A stretch of DNA of 64,000 nucleotides from Phoronis australis (taxonomy: Eukaryota > Animalia > Phoronida), in contig NMRA01000027.1 of NCBI GenBank assembly GCA_002633005.1, forward strand, positions 347,265 through 411,264, in the 5' to 3' direction. The notes under the pieces were generated by a model. It was not told the origin of the DNA, did not search any database, and worked only from the letters and a program-made list of their open reading frames with translations. Positions 9,952 to 23,381 of this stretch are shown in pieces; positions within the stretch are counted from its first letter, which is position 1, and each line of letters begins with the position of its first letter. A program made the translations under genes and the position numbers.

Positions 9952-12603
9952 CAGGGCTCGACGCTATTAAAATCGCCAGGTAGCATTTTGCGACCTAGCC
10001 AAAATCCCAGGTCGCATTTCCAAAATCTAGCTCGCATTCATAAATGCCAGGTCGCAAAATATTCCCGCAATTTTCCCTGCCAAAATTAATTTTTATATCA
10101 TCGATAACATGTTTAGATTTTGCTCTTACCTACATCGTTAAATACTCACAAATTTCAGATCGCAAAATTGAGTTCGTTCATGCAGGTACTTCATTACTGT
10201 TCTTCACGACTGCCATTGAAAGGCCCTAGAGTGCAAGGCAAGTTGCCGACGTGAAAGTGACGCGTGCATTCGAGTAGCTAAGTTTGCGATGTGAAAAGGG
10301 AGAAAATGCCCGTTGAAAAAGTATTTTACTAGGTCTGATCTGCTACTGGCTTTCATCAGAGTCATTAAAGATCCAAACTACTCAGAGTGCAAGTTCTCTC
10401 CACTTTTTGTTCGCAGCCCAAATTTTGCCACTTAACTCGATGTTTAAAAAACATTTGTCAAAAAAAATCTGTGAAACGATGCAGTAACCGAATGACCTAT
10501 TTGGATGCGCGGGAACAGTTCAGTGCGAATTTCACAACAACAATATGATACTTGTGCTGTTTACGTACTCAACAATTAGTTTTCCATGAAATCAATAGCC
10601 TCGAAATAATTTCTGACTCCCTCCGTGCGGGTTTCCATCGAGTAATGGTGAGTTTGCTCCTCAATACCTTCCAAGTACAGGAAAAATAGGTCAGTCACAA
10701 AACGACACGCAGGTCACTAGTGATGACTTTCTTTCGAAGGTATAAAACAAAGCCGGGATTTGGTTTTACGTATTGAGACAAGACGTTTTTTGAAATTTGA
10801 ATATTTGTTGTGTAAACATGCGCGCACCTAGCCTAAAATATAGAGGGGCTCGAGATCTTCGATATGCGGACCTTTTACTGAAAAAATCAACGAGGACTAA
10901 AAAACGGGGCCACTAGCTTCAGGCCTGCCAATCGTGCATCTGCGCTGATTTCCTGTGGACTTTGTGGACTTTTGTCTCGTTTACTTATTATTTCACTGGG
11001 GCGGATCTTTTTGCCCAGTTCGCCAAATTGGGCCCGAGCCCCTCCCTGGTGAAATGAGAGTGACACACCGTATAGGCTGCGTGTTAATTTTAAACCACGC
11101 GTGGTTGTTTGTAGTGCGCTATGATGGGCGCTAGCCTGAACTGTGGGTGCTTATTTGGACATTCTCAAAAGTTGAGGGGGTACGCTTAGTAGATCAGTGA
11201 GCGCTTTTTATGAAACACTTCAAAGGTAGGGAGTAGACTTGTGGGTGACCATAGTCGTTAACCTGATTGAGTGTTTGGGATGATAAGATATTAAAAGACT
11301 GCAATGGTAAGAAATGTTATAATAATGCGATGTTGTCAGGCAAACTCCATCTAGTAGGTGTGACTTTCTGGATATCATTACCACGTACACTATACCCTTT
11401 TTAGGCACCTGGAATAATTTTGCTTTTAATTGCCTGTTTCAGCCGGAACAAGATTTTTTCTGTGGGAGTCTGAAAATTTTACGGGGATGGTGGTCCGGGG
11501 AGTGAAAAGTTGCTGGGGGGGGATGTATGAAGAGAAGAATAAAAAGTCCACTAACCACAATTTTTCATCTAGTACCCATTGAGTTGCATAGTGTTTAGGG
11601 AACATCGATCTCGGGAAACATCGGAACAGGAAAATATCAGTTCTGGGTTATATCGGTCCCGGGGAATATCGTAAAACATCGGGTCTTTTATAATCGCCGG
11701 GAATCTATGAGTTCATTTTTAAATAAACCACTGGCACCCGGGTGCTTAACAGAGCCAAGCCGGTATACTCTTTCATTTAGGACTGTCACTGTTCTCTTTT
11801 GATGAGCAGCTTTGAAGTGGTGCGCACGCTTGAGTTCATGCACTTGAATAGATGGAATAGGCCTACACTTTATGTTGGCAACAACGTGTGAAAGCAAATC
11901 AGAAACAAGTAAAGGGGTTTGAGAATTTCTTGGCAACTAAAAGTAAAGACGTGGCCGTCGATTGGCGATTAATGGGGTTGCCATTTTCACTTTGACTGTC
12001 TTATGCGAAAAAAAGAGTCGTTCATCAAGTCATGGTACCGCTTGCGCGCTAACAACGGTACCGACCGGCAGTGTCTCAGTGCGATCATGGATATTGTCGT
12101 GGATATTTGGTACATGTGATAAGGACATCTTACACGAAAAATAAATATATTTGTCCTCCACAAAGTTTGGTAAGTTGATCGATTAAGAATTAGTAGAAAC
12201 ACCGTTGTTTTGTGACTTTATTCACGTGTTATGCAGAGGCAGAAACTTTTTTCGGCAAATCCAAAAATTTGCAAAATTGGCCGAAAATGTTAGCCAATGA
12301 AACGCGTCAAAGATTGATTCTGCATATCCCATGTTCTCGCGACTTGCTTACAAGTCATCGGGAGGGCTGTTATCGGTTAGTGTTCGTTTGAACTTGGATT
12401 TGGCAACAACCAAATAACGGTCGGATTATCCAGAGTTGCTTTATATTTGCCAGGTATCTGCCGAGAAGTGTAAAACTCAGCTCGCATTCGTGGGAAATTC
12501 CAGGTTGCATTCTGCAACTTGATATGAGCTGACAACAATCTCAGCTCGCATTTCCAAATTTCAGGTCGCAAATGCGACCTGCAGCTCGTTATGTCGAGCC
12601 CTA
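9952..12603. mobile_element. Non-autonomous hAT-like element, ~2.65 kb, with subterminal repeats
   Basis: TIRs are CAGGGCTCGAC and GTCGAGCCCT(A). CGAGT (or ACGAGT) is duplicated on both flanks. CAGGTCGCA/AGCTCGCAT units repeat near both ends. No transposase ORF is present. Confidence 0.75.
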
Positions 12604-13275
12604 CGAGTACTCAAAAACGGCTTGGTGGATTTCACTGAAACTTTTCAGTTTTAATATTTTTCATTGGTCTCATAAACACTTTAAGATTTTCCTTTTAAAT
12701 GCCTAGTTTTTGCGTACTGTAAGATAGACGAATATAACTGCTATTTATTACAAAAATACCTTACGTTTTGCATGTTAATTCTGCATAGAAACAAAACCAA
12801 ATGAGTAACTGAAAATTCCTACCAGCATTTTTCAGGTAAATTGTGAAGTTTTTATTTAAACGGGGTTTCATTAAAATCAAGCAAGGGGATATTTTGCTAT
12901 GAATGTACCTTTCTTAAAAATGAAATTTTGTCTTAAAAATGTTGGTAACGTAGTAATAATTATGGCACATAAATATATTTTATAATCTTAGGTCTTTATT
13001 CTTTTAGAAAAGATATACTTTTACTGGTTGACACAGTCTGGGTTTTTTGATGAGTCCGAATGGAGGTCACTAAATAAGGTTTGGGATAACCTTAACAACT
13101 GAATGCTGAGTTGTTATTCTGTTCATAATTTGAGTTCTATTTGTGCTTCATCTCTTGTTGCTGCAGATCATTATAAACAAGAAAACTTGGAAATATGCTT
13201 TCCTCCTGGATTTTTGATACTTCCATTGAGTTTGGTAGGTGTAACAACAATAGTGGTAATCATTACTGTTGACAG

Positions 13276-13448
13276 TTACCTGGCTTTGAAAGTGACGATA
13301 GTGATGATGAAGGAGGTGTACCCAGTACAACCAGGCGACAAAATGCACGCACTCCGGCCAATCAGAGGCCAGAATTTGAAGCAATGTCAACTAAGAAAAC
13401 ACCAGCGAGTACTTTCCTCAGTCCTGGAATATTGCACTCCGTAAACAG
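13276..13448 (+). CDS. MIS18BP1: MIS18BP1 exon (LPGFESDDSDDEGG...KKTPASTFLSPGILHSVNR)
   Basis: GACAG acceptor, AG|GTGAGT donor, phase 0/2. The TP...SPG...INR-like block is conserved in M18BP1. Confidence 0.82.
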
Positions 13449-13696
13449 GTGAGTTGGTAGTCTGGAAACGCACATAAACCTCTAACCCTAAATTACTAAA
13501 ATTGTTAAAAAGAAGTTAGCAGGTAGAGATTATTACAAGATGATTGTGGTAAACCACCTGTATAGTTTCCTGATGAAAATATTCAGGCATCATTGGCTGT
13601 AAGGTGGAATGTTCGATGTCATCAGGGGCTGTGATTGACTTGGACTATAAGTGCTGTTACATCTTTAATATTTAGATCTTTGGCTTTTTACCCTAG

Positions 13697-13769
13697 AAAT
13701 GCTGTTGACCTGTATATCAATCGTCTGAAGAAGGCCCCTAGGGTGCGCACAATAATGTCAAGGTCAAAG
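13697..13769 (+). CDS. MIS18BP1: MIS18BP1 exon (NAVDLYINRLKKAPRVRTIMSRSK)
   Basis: CCCTAG acceptor, AAG|GTGAGT donor, phase 2/0. Resembles the recalled vertebrate NDCDKYVFRMQK block. Confidence 0.82.
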
Positions 13770-14652
13770 GTGAGTTATCTGCTGTACTATTGCTCTACAT
13801 GTCAGAGGTGAAATTCATTATTAAGTGAGAGAGCTCATTGGGTGTTTTGTTGATTTCTGCAGAGCTGCTATCTGCTACAGGCTTATCTGTAATCTACTGA
13901 GGACTCAAAAATCACTATGCACGGGTTTTGAGCATTTGTTTCTCTTCAAAAATTAGCTTAAAGTAAGACGTGTTGTGAATTTTTTTAGTTTTAAGTGCCA
14001 AAACACTGGAAATGACTGAAATAGTGGAGAGCACAAGGTCTAACTAACAAAATGGATCCGGAGTACCAATGCATAATGTAATTAGCATACAAGATTTCCA
14101 TTTCGTGATTGGTCACTTACAAGACTGACCAATGCAAAGTGTGCTTACTTAGATTTGCATTGTGGAGTATCCTCTGCTTTGGAAATTATATCAAGATGTC
14201 TGGAGCTGAAATTCATAGACAAATATTATGTGAAAATAGTTTAGATTTTGAAATTGGGAAAAGGAATTAACCATGTTTCGTCACGATGACATCAGCTCTG
14301 AGAACCAAGGTACCTACATCAGCATGGATCAGGAAATTGCAACGAGATATGGATATTTTCTGGGCCGTGGTCCGGTGTAGAGAAATCAACGATGCCAACT
14401 ATAAAAACTTAAAAACATGAATGTCATAACCTGTTTTTGTGCTATGTCTCTTTTTAGTTAAACACAATATGAAACTTAAATGTTGTTTTGGGATGTATCA
14501 AACCATCTTTTGGTTGAAATTTAACTTTCTTGAATATTGGAATTCGAACAAGTTTTCGGTTGCAAAATATTGATTTTTTACATGAAGTTTTCTAATTATG
14601 TGCTTCATGGTTTGGCTCCCTTGTTTATTCTTCATCACTGGAATGAAGCTGA

Positions 14653-14870
14653 GGGGGTTACCATTGGAGCCGTTCATGTGCTGACCTCCCTTGTTGAACC
14701 TCATCTGTGCAGGGGTTACCATTGAATCTTTGTATGTGGTGGCCTCTGTTGTTGAACCTTGACTGCAGAGGTTACCATTGAATCCTTTGATGTGCTGACC
14801 CCTGTTGTTGAACCTCAACTGTTCTGGAGTCTACTATTGGATCCTTTCATGTGCTCACCTCTGTTGTTCA
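14653..14870. repeat. Degenerate ~57-bp tandem repeat, ~4 copies
   Basis: GGTTACCATTGAATC...TGTGCTGACC...TTGTTGAACCT recurs. Confidence 0.75.
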
Positions 14871-16559
14871 ATTAAGTTACATTTATGCGTCTATGTACAA
14901 CCAGTCTCTGCCATTAGTCATGATCGACCATAATGTCATTGGAGACGCGGATGACCTTAATTATTCATTAGTGATTTACCAGTGACCTTTGTGTCATCAG
15001 TGACCTACAACTAATGTGACATGGCTGAGAAAAGCTTTTATGTTTCTATGCTTAATGATGGCAGTTCAGTCTTGACGTTATCAGGGCATGTGCGATGTTA
15101 TAATCTAGCTGAATTAAGTTAAACAGAATATGGCCACAGTTGGCATTACCATAATTCACATTTGCTGGGTGATTGTATTAACTTGTAAATGAGACATAAA
15201 ATTGAGCGAGACTGTGTGATGGAGGTCAATGTTTGGATGCTGCACACCCTTCCTCTTATGGCGTGTTTGCACTAGACAATGGTGACGATCTGTCTACATT
15301 TATCTCAAGTGTCTTAGATACTTTGTTTGAGTGGTTATCACAGCCTTTAAATTGTGATATTCTAACTGATACAAGGTCACCTCCACCTACCTGTGATAAG
15401 TCCACCACCTGAAATACAACTGTTTGATAAAAAATATGTGTACTGGAATATTACTGTCTTTGAAACAATTTTCATAGATTGCCTTTAATTGATTGTCGGC
15501 TCTGCCAGTTTGAATGCACTTGGCATTTACGAGGATTTTTTGGGGGCTGTGTTAATTGGCAAGTTTTATCTTGGTGGCAGCTGATGGCGTCGTATCCTTT
15601 AACACACTTTGCAGAAACACTATATGTGTGTGTCTTTGGAGACAAAAATTATCATTATGTGATTTAAGCTAAAACCACAAAGCACCAGTTCCATGGTAGA
15701 ATGTGGGGTGTTTTTCAAACAGAAACCAACTTTACGATTTTAGTAAAATTGCCTTAAATTGGGACCCAGAATCTTGTCAGAAACTTAATTCCTTTGTAAC
15801 AGCATTTCTGTATTTAAGCTATCGTTAGTTTCCTAGTGATCAGGTGATTTCATTTGTTTAAACCTTGCAAATGTAGGTAAGTAGTAAATGTTTGGTGGTG
15901 GCTTAAAACAAAAAACGTTGGATTTTACTTTTGTATTGCTTAAATTTTCATAAAGCCATTCTATCAATCATTTTATCACTAGGTGAACCATTCATCTCCT
16001 CTTTGACAGTCCTGTTCCAAATGTTCATAAAACCATTGCTTCACTCATCATATGACCTGTTCAAACATTCACCGTACCTCTTTTTAGTATGGTGTCGAAA
16101 GTTCTAGAATTCCGAGCCTCAGCACAAGTTGCATTGTCAGAATTTAGTTTCCTCACTAAAGCTGATTATCTGACACCTGATTTAGTCTTATGAATGTTGA
16201 CATGGCAATTTTTTTCCTATGTGATCTGCCATGTGGTCTGATGTCAAGTTTCTGTAATGTGTTTTACGAAAGTGTTGTAAAGAATGTCTCTCCAGTCTAT
16301 CTCATGACGGTCCAATAAAACCACTTTCAATTTACTACTCTATCTAGATATTATTTTACAAATATGCAGTTGCAATGCACAGTATAGTTCAGGATTTAGT
16401 TAAAGTTACTAGTAAGAAATTTTCAAAATTTATGAACTTGGGACAAACATTTTAAGGAGAAATATGTACTCTTTATATTTATAAAAACAAAAAGTCCATT
16501 TTAACAGACATTTGTTCTGACAGATTTTGTGAATTAGACAAGGTGCGTGGAACTGTCAG

Positions 16560-16925
16560 TGGCATCATTGTCTACAAACACAGGATTGTCAATCATGTCT
16601 GTCATTGCATCATAGTCTGTACACACAACCTTGTCAACCCTGCCTGTTATTGCATCATAGTCTGTACACACAGCCTTGTCAACCCTGCCTGTCATTGCAT
16701 CATAGTCTGTACACACAGCCTTGTCAACCCTGCCTGTCACTGCATCATAGTCTGTACACACAGCCTTGTCAACCCTGCCTGTCATTGCATCATAGTCTGT
16801 ACACACAGCCTTGCCAAACCTGCCTGTCACTGCATCATAGTCTGTACACACAGCCTTGTCAAACCTGCCTGTCACTGCATCACAGTCTGTACACACAGCC
16901 TTGTCAAACCTGATGATTACTGCAT
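16560..16925. repeat. 45-bp minisatellite (CTGCCTGTCAYTGCATCATAGTCTGTACACACAGCCTTGTCAACC), ~8 copies
   Basis: Periodicity is directly visible and produces the repetitive ORFs at 16534-16947. Confidence 0.95.
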
Positions 16926-18044
16926 CTTCTGAGCAGGTCAGTGCCATATTTTTATAAAAAAAGTTTTTATAAAAACGTGTTATTACGTCACATAAGCTTG
17001 ATTCACAGGTGTTTGTTTAGAGACATTACAATCTCGTCCATGTAACCCTTTACTCCTCAAAGTTTCAGCATTTGCATTTTTAAACCTTCATAAACTGCGA
17101 GTTGTTAGTGTAAGGCATTTGAGTGCAGCGGCATGCCATCAGTGAACTTTTCCACAAATTGAATTCCTGCAATTATCCTCATTTGGCAGTTTCAATTATC
17201 ATAACAGCGCTATGAAATAACACTGTGTTGACCTGTAACTGTGTGTGTGCTGCGTAGAGTCAAGCACGATGGACCTCTGGGAATGTTCACATCACTGATT
17301 CAATTAAACATCCACATTGTAACCAGACTGTAGTACTATAGAGATTTCACGGACGAGACTATTTATATGCAGGTTCAAGACAAGTTACACATGCTTTTGA
17401 GGAATGATGGCCATTGGCAAGGACTCTAGTTTGAAGTGACCTTGCTTTGCATGTTTTTTTATTGCTCATTTGAAATGAACATCCTTTGCTGACTCCTCCG
17501 AAAGGGCAATTTAAAGTCATTTGAATGCAAACGTTAAAAAGTTCAGTCTCTTACTTTCCTTTTGAGAATCCTCAAATTCCTTGCTGGTATGTCTATGTTT
17601 TTTAAAGTACCTGCCTTGACAATTGACCTATTGCAGAATTTTGAGTGACAGCTTAACTGATGATTTAGAACGCAGCATTATTGACGCACCTTCGTTTCCA
17701 AGCCGCCATTTTACCCGACAAACAACATGTTGCCGGGTAAAACTTATTGTTTGATAACCGACATTACGCTAGGGGTCAGAGCTTGCGATAGGTCGATTGG
17801 TGCCTGCTCAGTGTGCGAAACCTTGAAAAGTAAGAAATAACAAAGAATCATTCAAAAGTGTTGAAAACTCATGAAAAATGAGAAGAGTAAAAAATTATAC
17901 GAATCTCATTTGTGAGTCATATAGTGAGTGTTTGTGTTCAGTTATGCTTGGAATCAATCAGCAAAAAGTACGAATATTATATGTTTTTGGGAAAATAGAT
18001 CATAAAAATGAGATTGGGAGGGAGGTTGGGAGGGCTAAAGGCAG

Positions 18045-18520
18045 ACTTTGAACTTCTTAAGCACAGCACGTGAGGTGGCATCTGCTGCTGTCTCTCGTAA
18101 ACACCTCGAATGATCTTAATGAGATTACGCAGGTGTCTTCCTATGAAGTTGATGACAAATGACTGAGTTTGGACTGATTCAACTATCGATGTAACTTCTA
18201 GTGGCAATTTTATTTTTTACTTGTGCCTTTGTATCTTCGGAGTTCTTTGATAGATTTTCATGAAATTTGGCAAATAGGTTGCTTTTAAGGAGGTGACAAC
18301 GTCTTTTCATTTTTGAGTGGATTTGATCTATTCTGTGCCACCTATTGGCCATTTTCATTTTCTTGAGTCATTTTTTGTATCATGAAAATTGGTACGTGTT
18401 CCTGCTGGTGTAAAGTTTCGGACAAGCCCAGCTACTGTGGCGCCGCATAGTGGCAATTTCATTTGTGTCCACAGCTGTATCTCTTTAACTTACTGGCATT
18501 GCTCCTTTTAGTGGGAATGT
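18045..18520 (+). mobile_element. Older, partial copy of the Helentron/DINE-1-like family
   Basis: Shares GATTTTCATGAAATTTGG, CTATGAAGTTGATGAC, TAGTGGCAATTT and TGTATCT blocks with the 19.4-kb and 57.2-kb copies. Confidence 0.65.
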
Positions 18521-19411
18521 TTAAAATAGTGATAATGTCTTGTATCTGCGTTGTATGCCATGCATACAGTGGGTTTTATATCAACGTATTGAATTACTCT
18601 TGCTAACTCATATATCGGAATGGCAACATTAGGCAAAACTTGTGAAAATGTGATATGTAAAGTACATTACTTATTTTACTTAGAACACAAAAGCACATTC
18701 AAATGAGAGGAATTGACAAGACAAGCATGTAACAGGCATTAAGCATTGGCGTATTAAATATACAAACAAATGAAAAATGTCAATATACCATATCTATTGT
18801 TACACTGAGCAATGCATATGTATCAATTTTCTATTTTGCGCTGTTCACAGTAATTATCTAGCACTCATCTTTTTATACTTTTTAAAGTAGGTCTACTGAG
18901 TGAGTCTGGATTTTAATCATAGTTTTTGAGAAAACTGTTGTTTGTAAGAAATTGAAGTGTGCGCGGGTAACTGGTATAGGTTCAGTGAGGCGAAAAAGTA
19001 ATGCATCACTAATGAAAGTGTCCTTTGAAGGGTAAGTTGTCATTCATTTCATTGAGGCATCATTCATTATTTTTTATGAATAATACATTTATTAACCCAG
19101 GAAGCATATCAGTACTAGATACGGCTGGGGTTGGGCGGCCCCAGCTACATATCTTTACAACTTACAAAAGAACAATACGTCATACATATAGAACAAATAA
19201 GTATCTAGAAAATAACCAATAAAATAATGATTGGGCGAATAATTGGTAGAGATTATTATAAAAAAGGGAGAGAAAGGGGGAAGGGAGGACTTTCATACAC
19301 ATATTCACACGTTATTTATTATTATCAGAAAATCTGAAAAAAATGGCGGTACAAGGAAGGAAATTTGAACCAGCGTAATTTAAATAAATTTGCAGACACG
19401 AGGTGTATAGA

Positions 19412-20640
19412 TTTTTATGCGCCCACATATATGTGGGTGCAAATTGCCGTCATCTCTGTCTGGACGTCGGGCGTCCGCAAATGTATCTCCTAAACCTCTC
19501 ACAGGATCTTGATAAGATTTGGCAGATGTGTTCCTACGAAGTTGGTGACGGATGACGACGAATTTCGGACCGATCCAATTACTGGTGTGCCCTTTAATGG
19601 CAATTTTACGCTTACCTCTCTATCTAGGGAGGTCCTCGACAGATTTTCATAAAATTTGGAATATAGGCATCTGTTAGGCAAATGGATTCACCTAATGGCT
19701 ATTTTACTGGCCGCCCCTCTATCAACCAAACCATGCTGAGGATGATTATAAAAATTGGCAAATAGGTTCTAAATATGAAGAGGACTTCTAACGATGATTT
19801 TCCGATGACTTCAACTATTGTGGCGCCTCCTGGTGGCAGTTTTGTTTTTGTGCTCATCACTGTATCTCCTAAACGCTCTGCAGGATCTTTACTAAATTTA
19901 GCAAATGTATTTATAAGAAGTTGACAACGGATGACGGTTTTCGGACGGATCGGACTACCGGTGTGTGCCCTAGTGGCGATTTTATTCTTTTACTTTTACC
20001 TCTGTACCTTCACAGGTCCTCGGATTTTCATGAAATTTGGCACATTGGCATCAAGTTGACGCTATCCTCCGGTTTTCGGATGGATTCAAGGTATTTTGTG
20101 CTACCTAGTGACCATTTTTACTGTTTTCGAGTCTCTCTTTGGGNAACCCGCAGTATCACACAAAGGCCTTAACTACTCAGTCCCCGGCGGTCCTGTTTTG
20201 TGGTGGGGCGGTCATGTTTTTGGGTGCGTCAGTCCCATTTTCTGGTGCGGCGGTCCCATTTGATCCCCGGAGGTCCTGTTTAGAGGACCGGCGGTCATGT
20301 TGTTTCTCACCCGTGTTTATTAGATTTTGCAAGTCTATTTATATGGATTGACAACAGATGACGCCGACTTTCTGACGAATCCGACGAACGTTGTGCCCTT
20401 TAGTATAAATTTAATTTTTTCTGTTTTCGTCTGTTTCTCTGAATTTTATTGAAGGATTTTTATTATGAAGTTTGGTAAATAGCTTTCTGTAAAAGAAATT
20501 ATGTCATGTTCATGTTTTCGGATTGATTCAACATATTTTGCACCATCTAGTGGCCATTTTAGGATAAAAATAAACACTCCTTGAAGCACACTGCCTGCCG
20601 TGCATTTGTGGGTGCATTTCAACACTATGTTGCTCTTGTC
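19412..20640 (+). mobile_element. Helentron-associated / DINE-1-like non-autonomous element
   Basis: Starts in a T-run. Sub-TIRs are ATGCGCCCAC (19417) and GTGGGTGCAT (20608-20617). There is a 5' short palindrome CCCACATATATGTGGG and a 3' hairpin CAACA...TGTTG followed by CTCTTGT. It is homologous to 57232-58966. Confidence 0.75.
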
Positions 20641-22022
20641 ATAATAGCTTGCATTGGTCAAAAGAATGCCTCTTGATTATTTGTTTCTGACTGCTTTTAG
20701 GTGGAATTTTAGGTATTAGCAACAAGTACTTACTTGTCTTGAGTTCTTGAGATGAGGTAAATTGATTTTTGTGTCAAAGTAGATTGTGTTTTGTAAAAAA
20801 GAATGTGTTTAACAGATTTTTGCCATCTTATTTAATATTTCCTGCTTACTCCATGTGAGATGGTTGTCTAAGTATGTTTAAGGTAGTAACAAGTATTTTA
20901 ATTCAATTAGTTATCTTGTTTTATCATAAAACCTTCTCAAGAGAGAATAAGTAAACCAATTAAAAAAATAATTATGTGCCTTTCCTGTCATTATTCCACA
21001 CACTCCCAATTTCTTGAAAAAATGAAATGAGAGAGCACTTAGTAACATTATCGTTTTCATCTGCACAACTTGAGTGTACAACCCATTTCCTGTCTTGGGT
21101 CTCCAGCTCGTAGTAATCTGAAGTGACAACAGTCTGGTGTAGCCAGATATCTAGTTTGGTTTTATCTGTTTTCAACACCTAGCTCCAATGATATTTGTAG
21201 CATGCCTTCTTTGTTTGATCAAAGCTGTATTATGATGTGTTCATTGTAGAATGCAGTGAGCTATAAAATTTGATGTAACAATAAACCCTATCTATTTTGT
21301 GGAAATTGGTCTAATTGAATGGGAAACCCATCTTGTGCTTTGTGTCGTGAGTGGTCTCTGAGTGTTTTATGTGATAGTAATTATGCAAAGTTAGTTGGAT
21401 TTCCTGATGAAAACGGAAAGTAAACATAGATTTAGTCCTATGATGCAACATTTCATTTGTCAAGTGGGAAGTGAAATCACAATATTAATTATTGAAACCA
21501 GCTTACTCACATGTATGTGGGTGGATGTATGAAAATGTACAGTATTTGTGTGGGTTATTGCAGTCACACAAACTACTGTGTGATGTTCTTCTGTAACTGT
21601 TTAAAATGAGTTTTGTTATTAGCAATCTTCATTGAGAAGGTGGCAAAATATCAGACCTAAAATCAGCTATATAGCTATTTAACTAATAGCTATATACTTA
21701 AGTGGAAGTCAAACTTAGCTGACTTTAGTGCTTTAGGTGAGCCAAGGCTGACTGTGTGCTATGACCTAGTTTATGTGAAACTGACATGTGTATTTGTTCG
21801 GAGATAGCCATCCAAAACAATACATGATAATGACTAATCAGTATCGTATGTTATCAGTGATATCCGACTTTTGCAACAGGTTTCATTGTGTTCAGATGTG
21901 CTGTACCTTATCAGTGACACTGCGCCCTTGAACTGTTTTATATGCTAATCTTTTTCCATTGTTATTAAGTTTCATAGTGCAGTGTTTTACCAAGCAGCAA
22001 ATTATGGTATATTGGTGTACTA

Positions 22023-23381
22023 CCGTATTCGCCGTAATAACTGCCCATGCCCCTATAAGCGCCCCCCACGCGTTTTCAGACTTTGCGAAAATAAGTGCCC
22101 AGTCCATGAGCGTGTACGTGCGAAAAATGCCTTAAGCTATGGTCACAACCCGCCGTGCGTGTTTATTGTTCGTACGTTTTCTGCGGACGCCACGGGCACC
22201 ACGTTTTTCTGAAAACGTGAGTAGGGAGTGGCAAGCGCAGGGAGGACGTACGTCACACGTACTGCCGTGAATCTGTAAATGNCTAATAAAAAGATTGACC
22301 AGTGTTAAAAGCACGTGGCCAGGAAGTGCGCGCTACATACATGAACCTGTCATCAAAGACATTAGTCGGGAACTATCCATTCATGAAACGGGTAGCATAG
22401 CATCGGCAGGAAATGAATATTGGCACTAATTACCGACAGTTTCTAATACTATAAAAAATATTTGCGTTATTTTTAAGATGAATTGTTTGATTAACCATAA
22501 TTTGTGTTTTTAAGCCAAATATCCGATAAAATGACCTCTGATAGTGAATGCTTACACACCCTTACACCGAAAAATAACTGTCAGATAGTCACGTACGCCG
22601 CATCCAGCCACACGGCAACTAATATGGCCTTACTGAGACAAATGTCGAACGTTTTTAGCACATATGAGACTGGCAAGCGCTGAATGAAACACACTCTGGT
22701 TTAGGCTTACCGCTTGTGCAAATTTCTTTAGATACAATGCACATCTAGCTCGTTAGATTGCGTGGTTCTGGCCAAAAGATGGTATCTGCTGTGGCAAATG
22801 AACTCAGGTGACACGCACGCGCTCGCTTACTCACAAACGCAGACAACTTCAAAACAAACGTCACGTGACAACAACATGTGTGTTCGTCCAGACATTTTTC
22901 TCATATTGCACCGATCATACATGTAGATGGCTCGATGTACTAGCATAGATTTGTACTTAAACCTGCCGTGACCCCGACTCCACAGGAACTTAAAAATTTT
23001 ATGGACGCTACTTGGAAAACTTAAGGAGGATTTCAGGTAATTTGCTTGAGTCGAAACTGTATTTTTGTTCAAGCATTCAAGTTGCCATATCGACGATTGC
23101 GAGGCAGACAGTCGGCGAGTTTTCGCCCTGGGATTTCAGCACAATTTTCTATAAAATGATCATAATTTTGCAGCAAAGTTTGATAACAATGCACCATGGT
23201 TTTGTAGAAAGTCTTTCATAGATTACAGATACCTCACAGAGCGTAAATACGATGAATCTTAGCTTCCGATTTCACCCGTTTCGGAGACCGGGTTTCAACG
23301 GCCTTGGGTTATAATAAGCGCCCCCCCCCCCTGAAACGGAAGTTTTCTAAGCGCCCTCAGCGGTTATTACGGCGAATATGG
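22023..23381. mobile_element. Non-autonomous Tc1/mariner (pogo/Tigger-like) element, ~1.36 kb
   Basis: TIRs CCGTATTCGCCGTAATAAC and GTTATTACGGCGAATATGG match at 18/19 positions. TA flanks both sides, and TAAGCGCCC subterminal repeats are present. Confidence 0.85.

Noticed and set aside
13103-13444. 113-aa ORF with a hydrophobic TM-like segment
   Set aside because: It is an alternative frame overlapping the real MIS18BP1 exon 13276-13448.
16534-16947. Repetitive ORFs (DKAVCTDYDAVTGRV and a His/Cys-rich one)
   Set aside because: They come from a 45-bp minisatellite open in three frames, with no splice or homology support.
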